From Stegostoma tigrinum (lineage: Eukaryota): DNA of 64,000 bases. The position numbers were made by a program, and so were the translations under genes. Shown piece by piece: positions 61,989 through 64,000 of this stretch. The notes under the pieces are model-generated. The model made no database searches and was not told where the DNA came from. It saw nothing but the letters and a program-made list of their open reading frames with translations. The stretch lies in contig NC_081375.1 of NCBI RefSeq assembly GCF_030684315.1, positions 13,987,581 through 14,051,580 of the forward strand. The letters run 5' to 3'. How positions within the stretch are numbered: the first letter of the stretch is position 1; every line of letters begins with the position of its first letter.

Positions 61989-62181
61989 ACAGAACTTCAA
62001 AGGTCTGGCAGCACTTGCGGAGAGAAAGCAAAGTCAATGTTTCGAGTCCAGTGACCTTGCATCAGAACTAGACCTGAAATGGTGACACTGCTCTCACCAC
62101 AGATGCTGCCAGACCTACTGATTTTCTCTGGCAATTTTTCTTTTTATTTCAGATTTTGATCATCTGCAGTTCTTGGTAATT
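61989..62181. mobile_element. Short fold-back PLE-derived insertion (older family)
   Basis: Arms aggtctggcagcacttgcggagag / ctctcaccacagatgctgccagacct; TSD aaaacattaac (61978-61988) / aaaacatgaac (62182-62192). Confidence 0.75.
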
Positions 62182-62509
62182 AAAACATGAACTATTTCAG
62201 TTTCCCTTCCAAACTGGGGTTTGCTCTCTAAAAAATAAAACCTCTGGACAACCTTTGTATAACAAAATACAAAGTTTAAGGGTGAACATAGCCCTCGGTA
62301 ATATGCTCTGGAAGAAACATGTAATAGATCGAAAGACTTTACAATTTTTCTTTTGCAGTGCCAGAACAAGGTATTAAAAGGAGGAATGGACTACAAACGC
62401 TCAAACCTGCTCTAGCATTCAACATCAACATCACTTTTCACACTATTCTCAAATTCACTAATTCCCATGGTGTCCAAAAATCTAATCAATCTCAATCTTG
62501 ATTTTATCT

Positions 62510-63800
62510 TTCTTTCAGGGTATCATTGGCAAGGTCAACATTTGTTGCTCATTCCTAACTGCCTTTGGAAAATGGTTCTGAGCTGCCTTGCAGAAGCGTC
62601 GTCGTCAATCTGATGCGGCAACAATTACTGCCCTGTTAGGAAGGGAGTCCCAAGATTTGACTACCAGTGAAGGAATAGCAATATTGTTCCAAGTCTGGAT
62701 GGTGTGTGGAGCAGAACTTGAAAGTCATTGTGGTCCTCTGTATCCGCTGCCCTCAGTCTTCCATGTGCTAGAGGTCACACGTTTGAAATGTGCTTTCAAA
62801 GGAATCTTGGCAAGTTGCCATATTGCATCTTGTATAGTTCAGAGTTGCATCTGTGCAGTGATGGATGAAGTGAATGAGATGGCAAAAAAGTGGACTCTGT
62901 TGTCCTGGATAGTGTTGGGCTCCAAGTGTAGAGTCATGATCAGCCAGATAATTGGACAATGTTTCATTTCACTCTTGGTTAATACCTTGCAAATGGTGAT
63001 AAAGCATTAGAAACTCAGGTAGTGAGTTACTCATCTCAGAATTTGCAACTCTAATCTGGTATTAAAGGTTCAGTATTTACACGGCTTGCCAATCAAAACC
63101 CCCAAGGATCAGTGGGGGAATTCAGCAATTGTCATGCTACTGAACATCATGAGGAGATGGCTCAATTCTCAGAGGCTGTCATTGCCTGGCACTTGTATGG
63201 CACAAATGTTAATTGCCCAAGCCTGAATGCTCTATAGAACATGCTGCTCCAGAGGAGTTCAGCATGGCACTGAACACTGCACAATTATCGGTGAACATCC
63301 TCATTTCTGGTCTAATGACGGAAGGAAGGTCATTCTTGAAACAGATGATGATAATGATTGGGCCTAGGACTGGAGGAGAATTTCCATACGACTTCAATTT
63401 TGTCAGAGCTCCTTGATGACAAACTTGATCAAATGCTGCTTTGAAGTCACTCCACCTGCCCTCTCAAGTTCAGTTCTTTTATCCATGTTTGGTACAACAC
63501 TGTAATAAGGTCCAGAGCAAAGGGAGCCTTCTGGGACTTAAATTGAGCATCAGTGAACAGAAAACTATTCTGCAAATGCTAATTTTGTAACACTGTGGAC
63601 CACAGCTTCTATTACATTGCTATAAGGAAAGGCTGCTGAGATGGCAATTAGCCAGATTGGATTTGTCTTCCTCTTGTAAACAGGATATAAGTGAACAATT
63701 TTCCACAATGCCATGAAGAAGCCAGTGCTGTAGCTGCACTGCCAGTCCTTTCAGTTGTCAGGACCCACAGCATTTGCAATATCCAATATAGTCAGTACAA
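62510..63800 (-). mobile_element. Old LINE (CR1/L2-clade) 3' portion
   Basis: SPPVLGPIIIIICFKNDLPSVIRPEMRMFTDNCAVF (SVLGP..NDLP..FADD-like); 3' terminus shared with 28700-28800. Confidence 0.7.
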
Positions 63801-64000
63801 GTTTTGTGTACAGAGATCCAAAGAGTCACAGATATGAACAAAGAAATTGTTCACTTCTGTCCTGGCTGACCCCTTATCCTCAGACTATGATCCTGTAGCT
63901 TTAGAAATGTAAGGTAATAGAAACTGCCTCTCAACATCTATCCAATCAAGTCTTCAAGTACTTTATACATTTCAATTAAATCCATCTTTCAGTTTTCTGA

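Noticed and set aside
48263-64000. Upstream RPTOR exon 7 (about 60 nt, FCMQK...LDLIEK)
   Set aside because: Not found by eye in this interval; probably beyond the window end.

Overview
Eukaryotic (vertebrate) DNA, almost certainly from a shark. It carries HE1-type V-SINEs, DeuSINEs, CR1 LINEs and a young Penelope family; a carpet shark is my guess, not something the sequence proves. The whole window lies inside RPTOR (Raptor, mTORC1 scaffold) on the minus strand. Seven coding exons (101, 145, 76, 102, 84, 111 and 75 nt, all GT-AG, matching human exons ~8-14 as I recall them) splice into one continuous frame from [15 protein letters not shown] to FLSVLADPYMP. The introns are rich in retroelements: CR1, L2-like and Rex1/Babar LINEs, a decayed Gmr1-type Gypsy LTR element (integrase before RT, tRNA-Pro-like PBS), SINEs and a C2H2 zinc-finger remnant. 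The most striking system is a set of about 12 Penelope-like-element (PLE) insertions from at least 3 families, 0.07 to 4.9 kb long. The best-preserved copies share one architecture: fold-back (inverted) arms, a ~35-40 nt tail on one arm only, a 10-15 bp target-site duplication (TSD), and a minimal hammerhead-ribozyme motif (CUGAUGA...GAAACGUC) near the 3' end of each arm. In the short copies the arms break off almost exactly at the hammerhead core. No prokaryotic genes, rRNA, true tRNA genes or CRISPR arrays are supported. All family names come from recalled motifs, not database searches.
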